From Patescibacteria group bacterium (GTDB lineage: Bacteria > Patescibacteriota > UBA1384 > 2-12-FULL-50-11), in the NCBI GenBank assembly GCA_038058635.1, contig JBBUAP010000001.1, positions 13,606-77,605 of the forward strand: a stretch of DNA of 64,000 bases, given 5' to 3'. Position numbers and translations under genes: made by a program. How positions within the stretch are numbered: the first letter of the stretch is position 1; each line of letters begins with the position of its first letter. The notes below the pieces were generated by a model, which saw only the letters and a program-made list of their open reading frames with translations, did no database searches and was not told where the DNA came from. Positions 9,344-18,995 of the stretch are shown here, in pieces.

Positions 9344-10255
9344 TCAAACAACTCGGTGAACAACACGTTCACCAACGGTAACGGTCACGGTGCTACCGGC
9401 CGGCCAGTCGACACCCTTTTCGATAATGCCATCTGAGAAGATGACGCCGCCCCTGGGCATCTCAGAGGTTAGTTTCAGCAAGGACCCGACGACAACTCGT
9501 CCGGTCACGATTGTCGCGCCGGTCACCGGCGAGGGGAACGGATCGCGAACGACGAAGACTAGCTCTAAGTCGGTCGGACCCGGTAGCTGCGTCAAAAGAT
9601 GGCGCCCCCGTTCTGGGATTAGACCATCGACCATCGCCACGATTGAACGTAACCAGCCGTTGGTCCCGACGCCAGTTGAGACGATCACGCCGTCCGACGA
9701 GTGTCGTTCCTCCCGACTACCAAAGGCAATCTTGTATCGGGCCGAAATGTGATCCCGGCGGCCGATAAAGATGTCGTTGATGCCCCAGACGACTTTGTCG
9801 TCGCTCGTCGTCGCTTTGACGAACGGCAGGTCCTCGACGAGGTACTTGCCATTCTTGACGCGAGTAATGACATCGCCAACCTGAGTTGGTCCAAATGGCA
9901 TTAGGTTGCCGATGATGCTGCTGGGATCGGGATTGATTCCGAGCACCAGTTGGTTTGTGACGTATTGAGCCAGGTTGACAAACAGTCCATCCGGCCCGCA
10001 GACGATCACCAGATCGTCGTCTCGAAAGAGAAACGTCGGCAAGTCGTTCCGAGAAACGGTGGTGACCGCCAGATCATTGGGGATCTGGCGGCGGACCGTT
10101 ATCAGAGCGTCTTGGTAGGTTGTGTGTTCGTCTCGATACGGAGCGATGGAGTCGCCCTTCGTTTCGAGAATGAACTGGGCCATCCCTTCAGTGAGATGCT
10201 CCCGGATCAACTCCTCGAGCCGAGTTGGTTTCGTAACCACGACGACACGATCCAT
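9344..10255 (-). CDS. NAD kinase-like protein (NrtR-regulated OrfY type)
   Basis: VVVVTKPTRLEEL, GPDGLFVN, GINPDP, NDIFIG, SSDGVIVSTGVG, FSDGI. Confidence 0.82.
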   Translation of the reverse strand: MDRVVVVTKPTRLEELIREHLTEGMAQFILETKGDSIAPYRDEHTTYQDALITVRRQIPNDLAVTTVSRNDLPTFLFRDDDLVIVCGPDGLFVNLAQYVTNQLVLGINPDPSSIIGNLMPFGPTQVGDVITRVKNGKYLVEDLPFVKATTSDDKVVWGINDIFIGRRDHISARYKIAFGSREERHSSDGVIVSTGVGTNGWLRSIVAMVDGLIPERGRHLLTQLPGPTDLELVFVVRDPFPSPVTGATIVTGRVVVGSLLKLTSEMPRGGVIFSDGIIEKGVDWPAGSTVTVTVGERVVHRVV

Positions 10256-10257
10256 CT

Positions 10258-11136
10258 TTAGCCTCCTTTTCTGCCGTTACTGGTAACCGCAGCGAGTAGC
10301 TCCGTCGTCAGGGCGACCGATCCGAGTTTTCCTTCCTTGGCGGCGACCATCAGTGAGGCGGCCATCAGTTTGCCGGAGTCGATGTCGATCATTGGCTTCA
10401 GACGAAGCTCGGTAGCTTCGGCTTCCGACCCGGCAAGTGCGACCATGTTCTTGCCCTGCTCGGCGACGAACATGGAACGATCAACTTCGAGCTTGAGGTT
10501 GGTCTCAGCCTCAAAAGCTCTAACCCTTCGCTCGTTATCGGCGGCTTTGAGCCGACGCTCGTGCCGGGCAGTATCCGCCGCCGAGAGCAGACCCTCGCGC
10601 TCTTCAGAGCCGATCGCTTCGTTGACTTCATCGTCGGATGGCTCGACCGTCGAGACCGAGCAGCTTTCGATTGTGACGCCACGCGCTACCAACGAGTTGG
10701 TCTCGCCAGCGATCGCCCTACGGATCGTTTCCTCAAATTGCGGCTGAGAGGTGACGGCAGTCGAGATATCGAGCTCAAGCGCCTGGGTCCGGATTGGACC
10801 AAGAACCTGATCGATCATGCTCTGCTGGAGTAACGCCTCCCATCTGCTGCGGTAGCCACCGCTGTGGTTGTCGACGGTGAAGTCGAAAGTGCTCTTGGCA
10901 ACCTGGCCGTTAAGCCTGGCCTGAATGCAGCCACTGACGGTGATTTGCTGCTTGTCGCGCGAGTACGCTTCGACAGAAAAGTTAACAACCTGTGCAATGG
11001 TTGGAACGACGGCCACAGTGGTCATCGGGCCGATCAGTCCACCCCAGCCGATCCCTCGGTCCTGGAACGTTCCTCGACTCAGAGTGAAAACGTGGCCAGT
11101 AGCACCAGCCGCGTGAAACAGTGTGATACCAAACAT
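10258..11136 (-). CDS. SPFH/Band 7 domain protein (NrtR-regulated OrfX type)
   Basis: SPFH-like N-terminal region plus coiled-coil C-terminus; position upstream of NAD-kinase-like gene and nrtR. Confidence 0.75.
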   Translation of the reverse strand: MFGITLFHAAGATGHVFTLSRGTFQDRGIGWGGLIGPMTTVAVVPTIAQVVNFSVEAYSRDKQQITVSGCIQARLNGQVAKSTFDFTVDNHSGGYRSRWEALLQQSMIDQVLGPIRTQALELDISTAVTSQPQFEETIRRAIAGETNSLVARGVTIESCSVSTVEPSDDEVNEAIGSEEREGLLSAADTARHERRLKAADNERRVRAFEAETNLKLEVDRSMFVAEQGKNMVALAGSEAEATELRLKPMIDIDSGKLMAASLMVAAKEGKLGSVALTTELLAAVTSNGRKGG

Positions 11137-11189
11137 CTTAGCCTCCTGGAGAGTCTCTCCGTTTCGCTCCTACATTATGTGAAGCTACG

Positions 11190-11232
11190 TTAGTGTATTT
11201 ACTACACTATATAAATGTATTATATACACTTA
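11190..11232. promoter_or_regulatory. two tandem NrtR-type operators
   Basis: Palindromes TTAGTGTATTTACTACACTAT (11190-11210) and TAAATGTATTATATACACTTA (11212-11232), resembling the GT-N7-AC core of NrtR boxes. Confidence 0.75.
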
Positions 11233-11246
11233 CTACAGCTTGTCAA
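11219..11246 (-). promoter_or_regulatory. sigma-70 promoter of the SPFH-kinase-nrtR operon
   Basis: TTGACA (11246-11241), 16 bp, TATAAT (11224-11219); overlaps the second operator. Confidence 0.75.
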
Positions 11247-11276
11247 TACCCTTTCTTTAGTAAATATCCCGTAAAT

Positions 11277-11651
11277 TTAGCTGGACGTTAGCAACACTTC
11301 AATTTTCTCAACGAGCTCTTTGGGGGTGATTTCGGTTTTTAGATAGTATCCCTGAACACGATTCTTGGCTTGCTCTTTATAGTCCGGGTTGGGTAGAGCG
11401 GTGAGAATGATAATCGGGATATGTTTGGTCTCCGGCAAGGTCCGGAAAACTTTGAGAGCCCCCAGCCCACCTTGGCGAGGAAGCATCAAGTCTAGCAAAA
11501 TGATATCGGGGTTATTGTTCAAGGCGACATCAATAGCCGATAAGCCGTCCCCCGCCTCAATAACCGTAAAGTTATGATGAGTGAAGGCCTCCTTATAGAG
11601 CCAGCGCAGTTCCTCGTTATCCTCGACTAACAATATCTTTTTTTGGCTCAT
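11277..11651 (-). CDS. CheY-like single-domain response regulator
   Basis: ILLVEDN, PDIILLDLMLP, PIIILT, K near C-terminus. Confidence 0.93.
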   Translation of the reverse strand: MSQKKILLVEDNEELRWLYKEAFTHHNFTVIEAGDGLSAIDVALNNNPDIILLDLMLPRQGGLGALKVFRTLPETKHIPIIILTALPNPDYKEQAKNRVQGYYLKTEITPKELVEKIEVLLTSS

Positions 11652-11660
11652 CTCAATTCA

Positions 11661-14381
11661 TCATCGTAAATCAATTAATGTCTGGGTTTTAGCCCAAGAC
11701 AGCATCATCACCCGAGTTAGTTTACGCAGCTCATCAACCAAGACAATTGACAGCGCCACCATCAAGCAGAGAACCAGCGTCGGCCAGTCCAGTGCGGTCA
11801 ACCCCAAGACGCTACTGACTGCAGGCCAGTAAAGGGCACCTAGTTGTAAAACTGAGGCGATGCCAAACATCAACAAAAGCCACTTGTTGTTAAACCGACC
11901 CATCACAAACACCGAGGCCGTCGCCGAACGACTATTAAATAAGTTAAAAAGCTGAAAGAAGACTAGCGTCGTCAGGGTGGCCGAGCGAGCGTACACAGGG
12001 CCACTAGCAAACTGTCCGTAGACAAACAGCGCCCCCAGCGCCATGACGACCGATACCAGCATCATCCGAGCGATGGCTGATTTCGAAAGAATCTGCTCGT
12101 TCGGGTTCCGGGGGGGTCGTTTCATCAGGTCCTCTTCGGCCGGCTCAACCGATAAGGCCATCGAAGTTACTCCATCGGTAACCAGATTCATCCACAATAT
12201 CTGCACCGCCAAGACCGGTAATGGCCAGCCGAGCAGAACGGCGCCGATAATGACCATGATTTCCCCCAGACTAGTGGAGACGAGGTAGTAGACGATTTTT
12301 TTAATGTTTTCCCAAATTAACCGCCCTTCGGCAATGGCTGAAACGATGCCGGTGATGTTGTCATCAAGCAGGACCATATGAGACGCCTCAACGGCGATGT
12401 CGCTACCGCCACGACCCATCGCCACACCGATGTCGGCCTTTTTCAAGGCCGGGGCGTCGTTAACGCCGTCGCCAGTCATGGCGACTAACTGACCTTGCCG
12501 TTGGAGCCGTTCAATAATGAGCAGCTTGTCTCTGGGGGTCGCCCGGGCAATGACCGATACTTTCGATAGATCATGTCCAGCGATGTCTTGAGCATGAATT
12601 ATCTCGCCTTGATCAGCCAGGCCAAGTTTGCGGGCAATGTGTGAGGCCGTCAGTAAGTGGTCGCCCGTAATCATCATCGTCCGGACGCCGGCGTCTAGGG
12701 CTAAACTAATCGCTTTTTTGGCCTCGGGACGAATCGGGTCAGCCAGCGCCATAAAACCGACCCAAGTCAGATGCTGAACTAATTTGGCATTAATACTACT
12801 GGCATCTGGGTAGTCAGCGTAGGCCAGGGCGACCAGCCGATAGCCAGATTCGGCCAGCGTATCGGCTTGGCGGGTCAGGTTGTCTCGATCGGTTGGCAAC
12901 AAGCGGCGTTTCTTGCTCCCGGCCACAAAATCGCAAAGCGCAATTAAGCGCTCCGGTGAGCCCTTGACGATAATTCGGTGATGATGATCAAACTGATGGA
13001 TTGAAGCCGAGTAGCGCAACTCTTGATCGAAGGGTATTTCTAGGAGCTCGGGATACTCCCGCTCCTCCTCAAAGGCGTAATAGCCCGCTTTGGCCGCCAC
13101 CACCGCCAGCGCTGTCTCGGTCGGGTCGGTCAGCTGTCTGGCCCGATTTTTCAGCAGATCGTCTTTGGAGATCGATGACATCGTCGCCAGGCTGGCCAGT
13201 TTTAAGATTAAATTAAGTTGTGGCACTTTAGTCTCGGCGATCTTGTCGCCTGCTTCAAAAAACGAACCGGTCAGATCGAATCCTCGGCCCGTGACAGTGT
13301 ATTCACCCCCTGGCAGGACAATCTTTTCGACCATCATCGCTCCCTCGGTCAGCGTGCCGGTTTTGTCAACGCAGAGCGTTGTGATGCTACCCAGCGTCTC
13401 CGTTGCCGAGAGCTGACGAATCAGCGAGTGGCGACGAAACAATCTCGTTAAACCGACCGAGAGCGTCACCGTTAGGGCGATCGGCAGACCTTCTGGCACG
13501 ACCGAAACCAATAGAGCTAGTGTCGTCCGAAACATCTCCAGAGCAGGCACGCCGTTAACACTCCCGATGACAAAAGAGATCATTGATAAAACGATCGCGC
13601 AGAGTAGCAGGGCGGAGCCCAATGTCTGTAACTTTTTCTGCAAGTCGCTCGGCGCTTCTTTAACACCCAATACTTCCCGGGCGATACTACCGAGCTCCGT
13701 TCCCATACCAGTTGAATTAACGACGGCGACCCCACGGCCGGTGACGACGAGCGTCGCCAGATAAATCATATTGTCCCGATCGAGCAATGCCGAGGCCGAG
13801 CCAATAATCGTGTCACGTTTGTGGGCCGGTAGCGATTCGCCCGTCAACGGCGCTTGATTAACGCGCAAGCTCCTGGCTTCAATTAAGCGGGCGTCGGCCG
13901 GGACGCGATCGCCAGCTTCAACGATAATGATGTCACCCAGTACTAAATAACGGGCGGATATTTTTTGTTCGACCGATTCGCGGATCACTCGAGCTTGGGG
14001 AGCGAGGATGCTTCGTAATTTGCTGATCGTTTGTTCGGCGCGATACTCTTCAAAGAACCCGATGACGGAGTTGGCTACTATAACTGCTAGAATCACCCCT
14101 AACTCGGTCCACTGTCGTTCGTAAAGCGAGATTGCCGAGGCGGCTAACAGTATGTAAACGAATGGGCTGTTGAGTTGACGAAATAGCAGTTTGAATGGTG
14201 ACGGTCGGTCAGTTTTTTTGAGTTCGTTGTAACCATGCGTAGTTAGTCGATGTCTGGCCTCCTGGTTGGTCAGGCCGTGATGTTCGTTACTGTGTAACTC
14301 AGTTAAAACCTGGGTCTTCGGTTGCGACCAAAAATCTTTCGGTACTGGTCGAGCATGGGTTAGGTGTATTGATACCATCAA
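11661..14381 (-). CDS. cation-transporting P-type ATPase (type II, Ca2+-like)
   Basis: LTGES, VPEGLP, DKTGTLT, KGSPE, MITGD, TGDGVNDAPAL, QILWMNLVTD. Confidence 0.95.
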   Translation of the reverse strand: MMVSIHLTHARPVPKDFWSQPKTQVLTELHSNEHHGLTNQEARHRLTTHGYNELKKTDRPSPFKLLFRQLNSPFVYILLAASAISLYERQWTELGVILAVIVANSVIGFFEEYRAEQTISKLRSILAPQARVIRESVEQKISARYLVLGDIIIVEAGDRVPADARLIEARSLRVNQAPLTGESLPAHKRDTIIGSASALLDRDNMIYLATLVVTGRGVAVVNSTGMGTELGSIAREVLGVKEAPSDLQKKLQTLGSALLLCAIVLSMISFVIGSVNGVPALEMFRTTLALLVSVVPEGLPIALTVTLSVGLTRLFRRHSLIRQLSATETLGSITTLCVDKTGTLTEGAMMVEKIVLPGGEYTVTGRGFDLTGSFFEAGDKIAETKVPQLNLILKLASLATMSSISKDDLLKNRARQLTDPTETALAVVAAKAGYYAFEEEREYPELLEIPFDQELRYSASIHQFDHHHRIIVKGSPERLIALCDFVAGSKKRRLLPTDRDNLTRQADTLAESGYRLVALAYADYPDASSINAKLVQHLTWVGFMALADPIRPEAKKAISLALDAGVRTMMITGDHLLTASHIARKLGLADQGEIIHAQDIAGHDLSKVSVIARATPRDKLLIIERLQRQGQLVAMTGDGVNDAPALKKADIGVAMGRGGSDIAVEASHMVLLDDNITGIVSAIAEGRLIWENIKKIVYYLVSTSLGEIMVIIGAVLLGWPLPVLAVQILWMNLVTDGVTSMALSVEPAEEDLMKRPPRNPNEQILSKSAIARMMLVSVVMALGALFVYGQFASGPVYARSATLTTLVFFQLFNLFNSRSATASVFVMGRFNNKWLLLMFGIASVLQLGALYWPAVSSVLGLTALDWPTLVLCLMVALSIVLVDELRKLTRVMMLSWAKTQTLIDLR

Positions 14382-14412
14382 TACCAGGATATCCTAAATC
14401 AGTCACAGCGGG

Positions 14413-14531
14413 GAATTACTGAATAACTAAATTACGAAATTACTGAATTAAAAGCTTCCACAATTCAGTAGCTTCGAACGAAGTGAGAAGCGAGCGAAGC
14501 GACATTCAGTAATTGTATAATTTAGTAATTA
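14413..14531. repeat. inverted 8-mer tracts around a short palindromic element
   Basis: AATTACTG-like units on the left, CAGTAATT-like units on the right; core GAGAAGCGAGCGAAGCGACATTC (14485-14507) recurs at 44528-44551. Confidence 0.7.
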
Positions 14532-14534
14532 TCT

Positions 14535-14702
14535 TCAGTTTGATGTGGTTTTTTGCTCGGCGTCTTCAAGCTGGTCGGCATTGAAAGAGTCGCCAGTATT
14601 ATTGGTCTCGTTTTTTGTCGTCGTCTTCCGATCCGTCATCACGCCGAGAATGATCAACACCACGACCAAAACTACCGCCACGCCATAAAAGACTTTCTTC
14701 AT
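14535..14702 (-). CDS. small single-TM protein
   Basis: MKKVFYG followed by a hydrophobic stretch and polar tail. Confidence 0.55.
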   Translation of the reverse strand: MKKVFYGVAVVLVVVLIILGVMTDRKTTTKNETNNTGDSFNADQLEDAEQKTTSN

Positions 14703-14800
14703 GCTACTGACACTAGACTTGGGTGGAATGGTAGTCAAGACCATCTGCCGAAGAAGGATTGCCTTGATAAATATTTAGCTCAAATTTTGGGTCTAGGGTG

Positions 14801-14829
14801 TTGACTTTTTAACGATTATATGGTATAGT
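14801..14829 (+). promoter_or_regulatory. sigma-70 promoter with extended -10
   Basis: TTGACT-17-TATAGT with TG upstream of -10. Confidence 0.65.
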
Positions 14830-14959
14830 CATGACGCTAATACGAGGTATTGGTGGTCGTGGTTGTACCGAACAGCCAAAGAAATCAGTGCGTTACCTTC
14901 GGGTAGCGGCACAAACGGGAGGGATGTCACCCGGGAAAGACATCAGGAGCACGTTTACA

Positions 14960-15718
14960 ATGAAAACAACGATATGGTGGGTCGGTCTGACCCTTTTCGT
15001 CCTCGGCACCCTTGGAGCATTTGCCCCTCCGGAGAACTATCCGGGTTGGTGGGCCAAGGCGTGGGGAATGACCTTCCCCTATCAAACGGACGCGACGAAG
15101 ACGCAGTCGCATGATCCGGCCGTCGCCGGCCAGATTTGGACCGGTCGCGGACTCAAGGGAGTTGGCGGGAACACCCGTCTCGAGCTCGAACAGCCGGCGC
15201 TCCGCAAAGAAGCGGCAGCCGGCGACGCAAGGGTCGATGGCAGGGCGCAGCATCGAGTCTATCTCGTCCTCGTGGCGGTGATTGGACTCTTCCTGATGTA
15301 CCTCGGTCTTCGTCAAGAGGATCGTGAGCGTGAGGAAAGACGGTTTGAGCGGCTCGAGGGACAGCTGCCGAACCAAACCACGCCCGACAGCACTAAGACA
15401 TCGGTGCCCTCACAACCGACAGTCTCCCAAGGCAAGAGCACACCTCTCGAGCCGATGAACGACGATCCCGAGCCTAACTGGTGGCAGCTTCTATGGGCGC
15501 CTTGGCGGCGCACTTCACGCGAGCGCCAGTCCGTGATCGCAGCCCCGACAGAGCCGATCGATATCAACATCGTCGTTGAGTCGTTCGACGGAGACAAGTC
15601 GAAAGCACGACATGTGCTGACGGCGAGCTTGCCGGCAATGACCGTTCATTCGGTCAAAGCCCACCTCAGGGTGGGTACCAACGACACCGTCCAGGAGATG
15701 GGTCTCGACGTCCACTAA
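14960..15718 (+). CDS. hypothetical membrane protein
   Basis: AGGAG RBS, ATG 14960; two hydrophobic segments; terminator follows. Confidence 0.65.
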   Translation: MKTTIWWVGLTLFVLGTLGAFAPPENYPGWWAKAWGMTFPYQTDATKTQSHDPAVAGQIWTGRGLKGVGGNTRLELEQPALRKEAAAGDARVDGRAQHRVYLVLVAVIGLFLMYLGLRQEDREREERRFERLEGQLPNQTTPDSTKTSVPSQPTVSQGKSTPLEPMNDDPEPNWWQLLWAPWRRTSRERQSVIAAPTEPIDINIVVESFDGDKSKARHVLTASLPAMTVHSVKAHLRVGTNDTVQEMGLDVH

Positions 15719-15735
15719 GACGTCCCCCATCTCCC

Positions 15736-15769
15736 CGAGCGCAGGAATAAACCCCTGCGCTCGTTTTTT
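15736..15769 (+). terminator. intrinsic terminator
   Basis: CGAGCGCAGG/CCTGCGCTCG stem plus T6. Confidence 0.8.
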
Positions 15770-15780
15770 ATACCTATTTG

Positions 15781-15851
15781 TTCCGGGACTTGGATTCGAA
15801 CCAAGGTTGCCAGGCTCAGAACCTGGAGGCCTACCACTAGCCGATCCCGGA
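15781..15851 (-). tRNA. tRNA-Gln(CTG)
   Basis: TCCGGGA/TCCCGGA acceptor, anticodon arm CCAGG-TT-CTG-AG-CCTGG, T-arm CTTGG-TTCGAAT-CCAAG. Confidence 0.93.
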
Positions 15852-15854
15852 GTA

Positions 15855-16541
15855 TTAATCCTTCGAGAAAGATATTAATTCAATAAACTTCGCTACCTCC
15901 AACTTTCTTGCTAACCTCACATCTCGATGCCTGAACTGTGGATTGTAACCAAGTCTCAAAAGCGCATTGTAAACATCCTCAAGTAAACTATGGTTGTAGC
16001 TTGTGTATTTTATCACGCAAGTATGATTATTTGAATCAACACAGAGGTTTCCGTCACTCTCAAACATCCCCTTTAGACAACGGACTAGATGCAAATTACT
16101 TCTTTTTATCCACGCGGGTACCCGTAGCTCGTGTCGTATCTTAATACCGGTCGGAAAATCAAGCCTAGACGAAATATGTTTTTGGTATAGATATACATCA
16201 ACACATTTGGAGTCCTTCCGGATCCGGATTGTAGGCTTCTTCTTAAAGATTTCCTCGGTTAACTTCGCTAACCGCCCAATTCTCTTCTGCTCCTTGGAAT
16301 TGAAGCATAGCGTTAGTTTCTCTGTTCTTGGGTATCGCTCGACACAGCCATCCCCTAGAAGTACGCCATAGAATTCGGCAGAATCAGGGCTGCGTTCTAG
16401 TTGTGCATAATATACTGGGTGAGCTACCTCCCATTTTCGAAAATTGCTTTGCATCCTACCCGACATAGTGAGCGACATTTTCATCAGGCTGGGATGATTA
16501 TCTTTAGTGAGACCCTTATTCCAAGGAGTTCTACCTTTCAT
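15855..16541 (-). mobile_element. free-standing LAGLIDADG homing endonuclease with N-terminal NUMOD3-like motif
   Basis: TPWNKG; two LAGLIDADG-type motifs FYGVLLGDG and LKGMFESDG. Confidence 0.85.
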
Positions 16542-16564
16542 ACTATAAGTATAACCTGATATTT

Positions 16565-16589
16565 TCCTACCACTAGACGATCACCGGAA
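16565..16589 (-). pseudogene. 5' remnant of tRNA-Gln
   Basis: TCCGGTGATCGTCTAGTGGTAGGA versus tRNA start TCCGGGATCGGCTAGTGGTAGGC. Confidence 0.75.
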
Positions 16590-16626
16590 TTCTTTGAAAT
16601 TCTATCTGAAACAGGTTTGCTAGCCA

Positions 16627-18090
16627 CTACCTAGCTGAAAGTTTCTTGATCGCTGTATTGAGGCGCTTGGTCGACTCTTCCTTACCAATTACAGATAATA
16701 ATTCGAAAGCACCTGGTGAGGCGTCGCGACCAGACAAGGCGACTCGAACAGCCCAGAGCAGTTCGCCGTCCTTAATTTTCAAGTCCTCGGCGGCCCCACG
16801 CAGAGCCGGCTCGACTTCATCAAGTCCCAATGTTTTTAGTTCACTCACGACCTTAACGGCCGATTTCAGGGCGGCCAAAGTATTGGCTTCGGTCGATTTC
16901 TTGGCGACTAATAATGATTGTTCATATTTCGGGCTAATGAAGAAGTAACCAATCTGATCTTCGATTTCACTCAGTAGCTTGAGCCGATCGTGGACCAAAG
17001 CAATCGCATTCAAATAGTAGTCGGGCTCTTCCGTGACGGCTTTTTGCAGTTCATTATTGGTGATGAATTCGCGTCCGGCATCGGCCACTTCACCGATCGA
17101 TTTTTGGCGAAGATAGTAGCCGTTCATCCAAAGCAATTTTTCGGAATCGAAAATAGATGGACTTGTGCCAACTCGGTTGATTTCAAACTCATCGATCAGT
17201 TCCGACATTGAAAATATTTCCCGTTCAGTGCCCGAATTCCAGCCCAAAAGCGCGATGTAATTTACCAGAGCATCTGGCAGAAAGCCCTTGGCTTTATAGT
17301 CGTCCGAGATCGAAACCGGATTTTTGCGCTTGCTCATTTTTGAGCGGTCTTTGTTGAAAATAAGCGGGAAGTGACCGAATTGTGGGCTCAAAAAATTGAG
17401 GGCGTCAGCCAAAAGTATTTGTTTAGCGGTGTTGACTAAATGCTCCTCGCCCCGCAGGACATGGCTAATTTTCATCAGATTATCGTCAATAACATTTGAC
17501 AGGACAAACAGCGGCATACCGTCCGAGCGTTGAATGACGAAATCGCCAAACAAGCCGGCATCAAATTCGACCTTGCCTTTGATTAGATCGTCAAAACTGA
17601 CCTTTTGCGGTTCAACAACAAAACGGACGGCGCTAGAACGATGTTCTCGCTCGAACTGGTCGATCTCTGTGGCCGACAAATGCCGACATCGGCCGGAGTA
17701 TTTTGGGGCGGAGCCCTGGCTCTGCTGGCTCTCCCGTTCGGCCGCTAACTCTTCCGGCGTACAGTAACAACGGTAAGCCAGTTTCTTATCGATGAGTTGC
17801 AACACGAACGGGTCGTAAAGCCCGAGCCGTTCCTTTTGAAAGTACGGCCCGTAAGGCCCGCCGACTTCCGGTCCTTCGTCCCAGTCCATGCCGAGCCACT
17901 TCAACCCGTCGAGGATATCTTTCAGCGATGAGTCGTCGTGTCGTTGTTGATCGGTATCCTCTACTCGCACAACAAACTTACCGCCAAATTTCTTGGCAAA
18001 CAAATAATTGAACAGGGCTGTACGGGCCGTGCCAATATGGAACTTGCCGGTTGGGCTAGGAGCAATCCTTACTCTGATTTCGTCAGCCAT
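16627..18090 (-). CDS. gltX: glutamate--tRNA ligase
   Basis: RIAPSPTG, HIGT, RVEDTD, CYC, RGEEH, KMSKR. Confidence 0.96.
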   Translation of the reverse strand: MADEIRVRIAPSPTGKFHIGTARTALFNYLFAKKFGGKFVVRVEDTDQQRHDDSSLKDILDGLKWLGMDWDEGPEVGGPYGPYFQKERLGLYDPFVLQLIDKKLAYRCYCTPEELAAERESQQSQGSAPKYSGRCRHLSATEIDQFEREHRSSAVRFVVEPQKVSFDDLIKGKVEFDAGLFGDFVIQRSDGMPLFVLSNVIDDNLMKISHVLRGEEHLVNTAKQILLADALNFLSPQFGHFPLIFNKDRSKMSKRKNPVSISDDYKAKGFLPDALVNYIALLGWNSGTEREIFSMSELIDEFEINRVGTSPSIFDSEKLLWMNGYYLRQKSIGEVADAGREFITNNELQKAVTEEPDYYLNAIALVHDRLKLLSEIEDQIGYFFISPKYEQSLLVAKKSTEANTLAALKSAVKVVSELKTLGLDEVEPALRGAAEDLKIKDGELLWAVRVALSGRDASPGAFELLSVIGKEESTKRLNTAIKKLSAR

Positions 18091-18445
18091 TGAATTCAAT
18101 TATTCCTCTGTGGTGTTTTATTTTGGGCTCGTTTTCGGCATCGTCTACTGTCACAACATCAATCCGAATATTATCCCTCTTATATTTCATCATTAGTTCG
18201 TGAGCAAGCAAAATCAATTTCTCGCGTTTACGAGGAGTTATCATCTCAATCGCCGCTCCTCGGAAGTTAGAAGTTTTGGCTTTGACCTCGACAATCACCA
18301 GCGTTTTCCCGTCGCCAGCCAGAATGTCGATCTCGCCGAATTTAGTCCGGAAGTTTCGTTTCAGAATCCGGAACTTCTTCTGCTTCAGAAGTCGCTCCGC
18401 CCAGCTCTCCCCCGTCTGGCCCAGTAATTTGCTCTGAAACGTCAT
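18083..18445 (-). CDS. yraN: YraN family PD-(D/E)XK endonuclease-like protein
   Basis: GQTGE, RNFR..GEIDI, VEVK, RIDVV; start reassigned to MTFQ. Confidence 0.9.
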   Translation of the reverse strand: MTFQSKLLGQTGESWAERLLKQKKFRILKRNFRTKFGEIDILAGDGKTLVIVEVKAKTSNFRGAAIEMITPRKREKLILLAHELMMKYKRDNIRIDVVTVDDAENEPKIKHHRGIIEFNG

Positions 18446-18995
18446 CAGATATATCCTCGCTTGTTTCGGACGTTTCGGCAACGGCGTCGGAAGATTCTGG
18501 TTTACCCCGAGCATCGTCGAGGGGCAACTCGTCATTAGTTTCTGGCTCGGCCTGAGAAGCTTCAATACTAGCTTCTTGCTCGGACTCCTCTTTGGCAATC
18601 TCCTTCTGTTCGGCCGCTACCTCTTCCCAAACCGTACCTTCGACGCCCTTGTCTTTGAGTTTGAAGCGGCGTGACATAGCGTATTCACGGACGAAGTTAA
18701 GCTTAGCGCGACGGACTTTGCCGGATTTGACGCGTTCAACTTTAGTGACCCACGGCGAATGAAACGGAAATGTTCGCTCGACTCCGACTCCGTCAACGAC
18801 CTTACGGACAGTGAACGAACCCTGAAATGATTTAGTCGCCTTAGTACCAATGACTAAACCCTCAAAAATCTGAATGCGTTCTTTGCCGCCCTCGCGGATC
18901 TTGTAGTGGACCTTAACTGTTTCACCCGGTCGAACTTCAGCAACCTTGGTCTTCATTTGGGTGGCCTGAAACTGGTCGATCACCGCACTGTTCAT
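18342..18995 (-). CDS. rplS: 50S ribosomal protein L19 with long acidic C-terminal extension
   Basis: [49 protein letters not shown]. Confidence 0.95.
   Translation of the reverse strand: MNSAVIDQFQATQMKTKVAEVRPGETVKVHYKIREGGKERIQIFEGLVIGTKATKSFQGSFTVRKVVDGVGVERTFPFHSPWVTKVERVKSGKVRRAKLNFVREYAMSRRFKLKDKGVEGTVWEEVAAEQKEIAKEESEQEASIEASQAEPETNDELPLDDARGKPESSDAVAETSETSEDISDDVSEQITGPDGGELGGATSEAEEVPDSETKLPD

Noticed and set aside
11158-11186. Possible dif site (TTATGTGAAG resembles the XerD arm)
   Set aside because: No recognisable XerC arm at the required spacing
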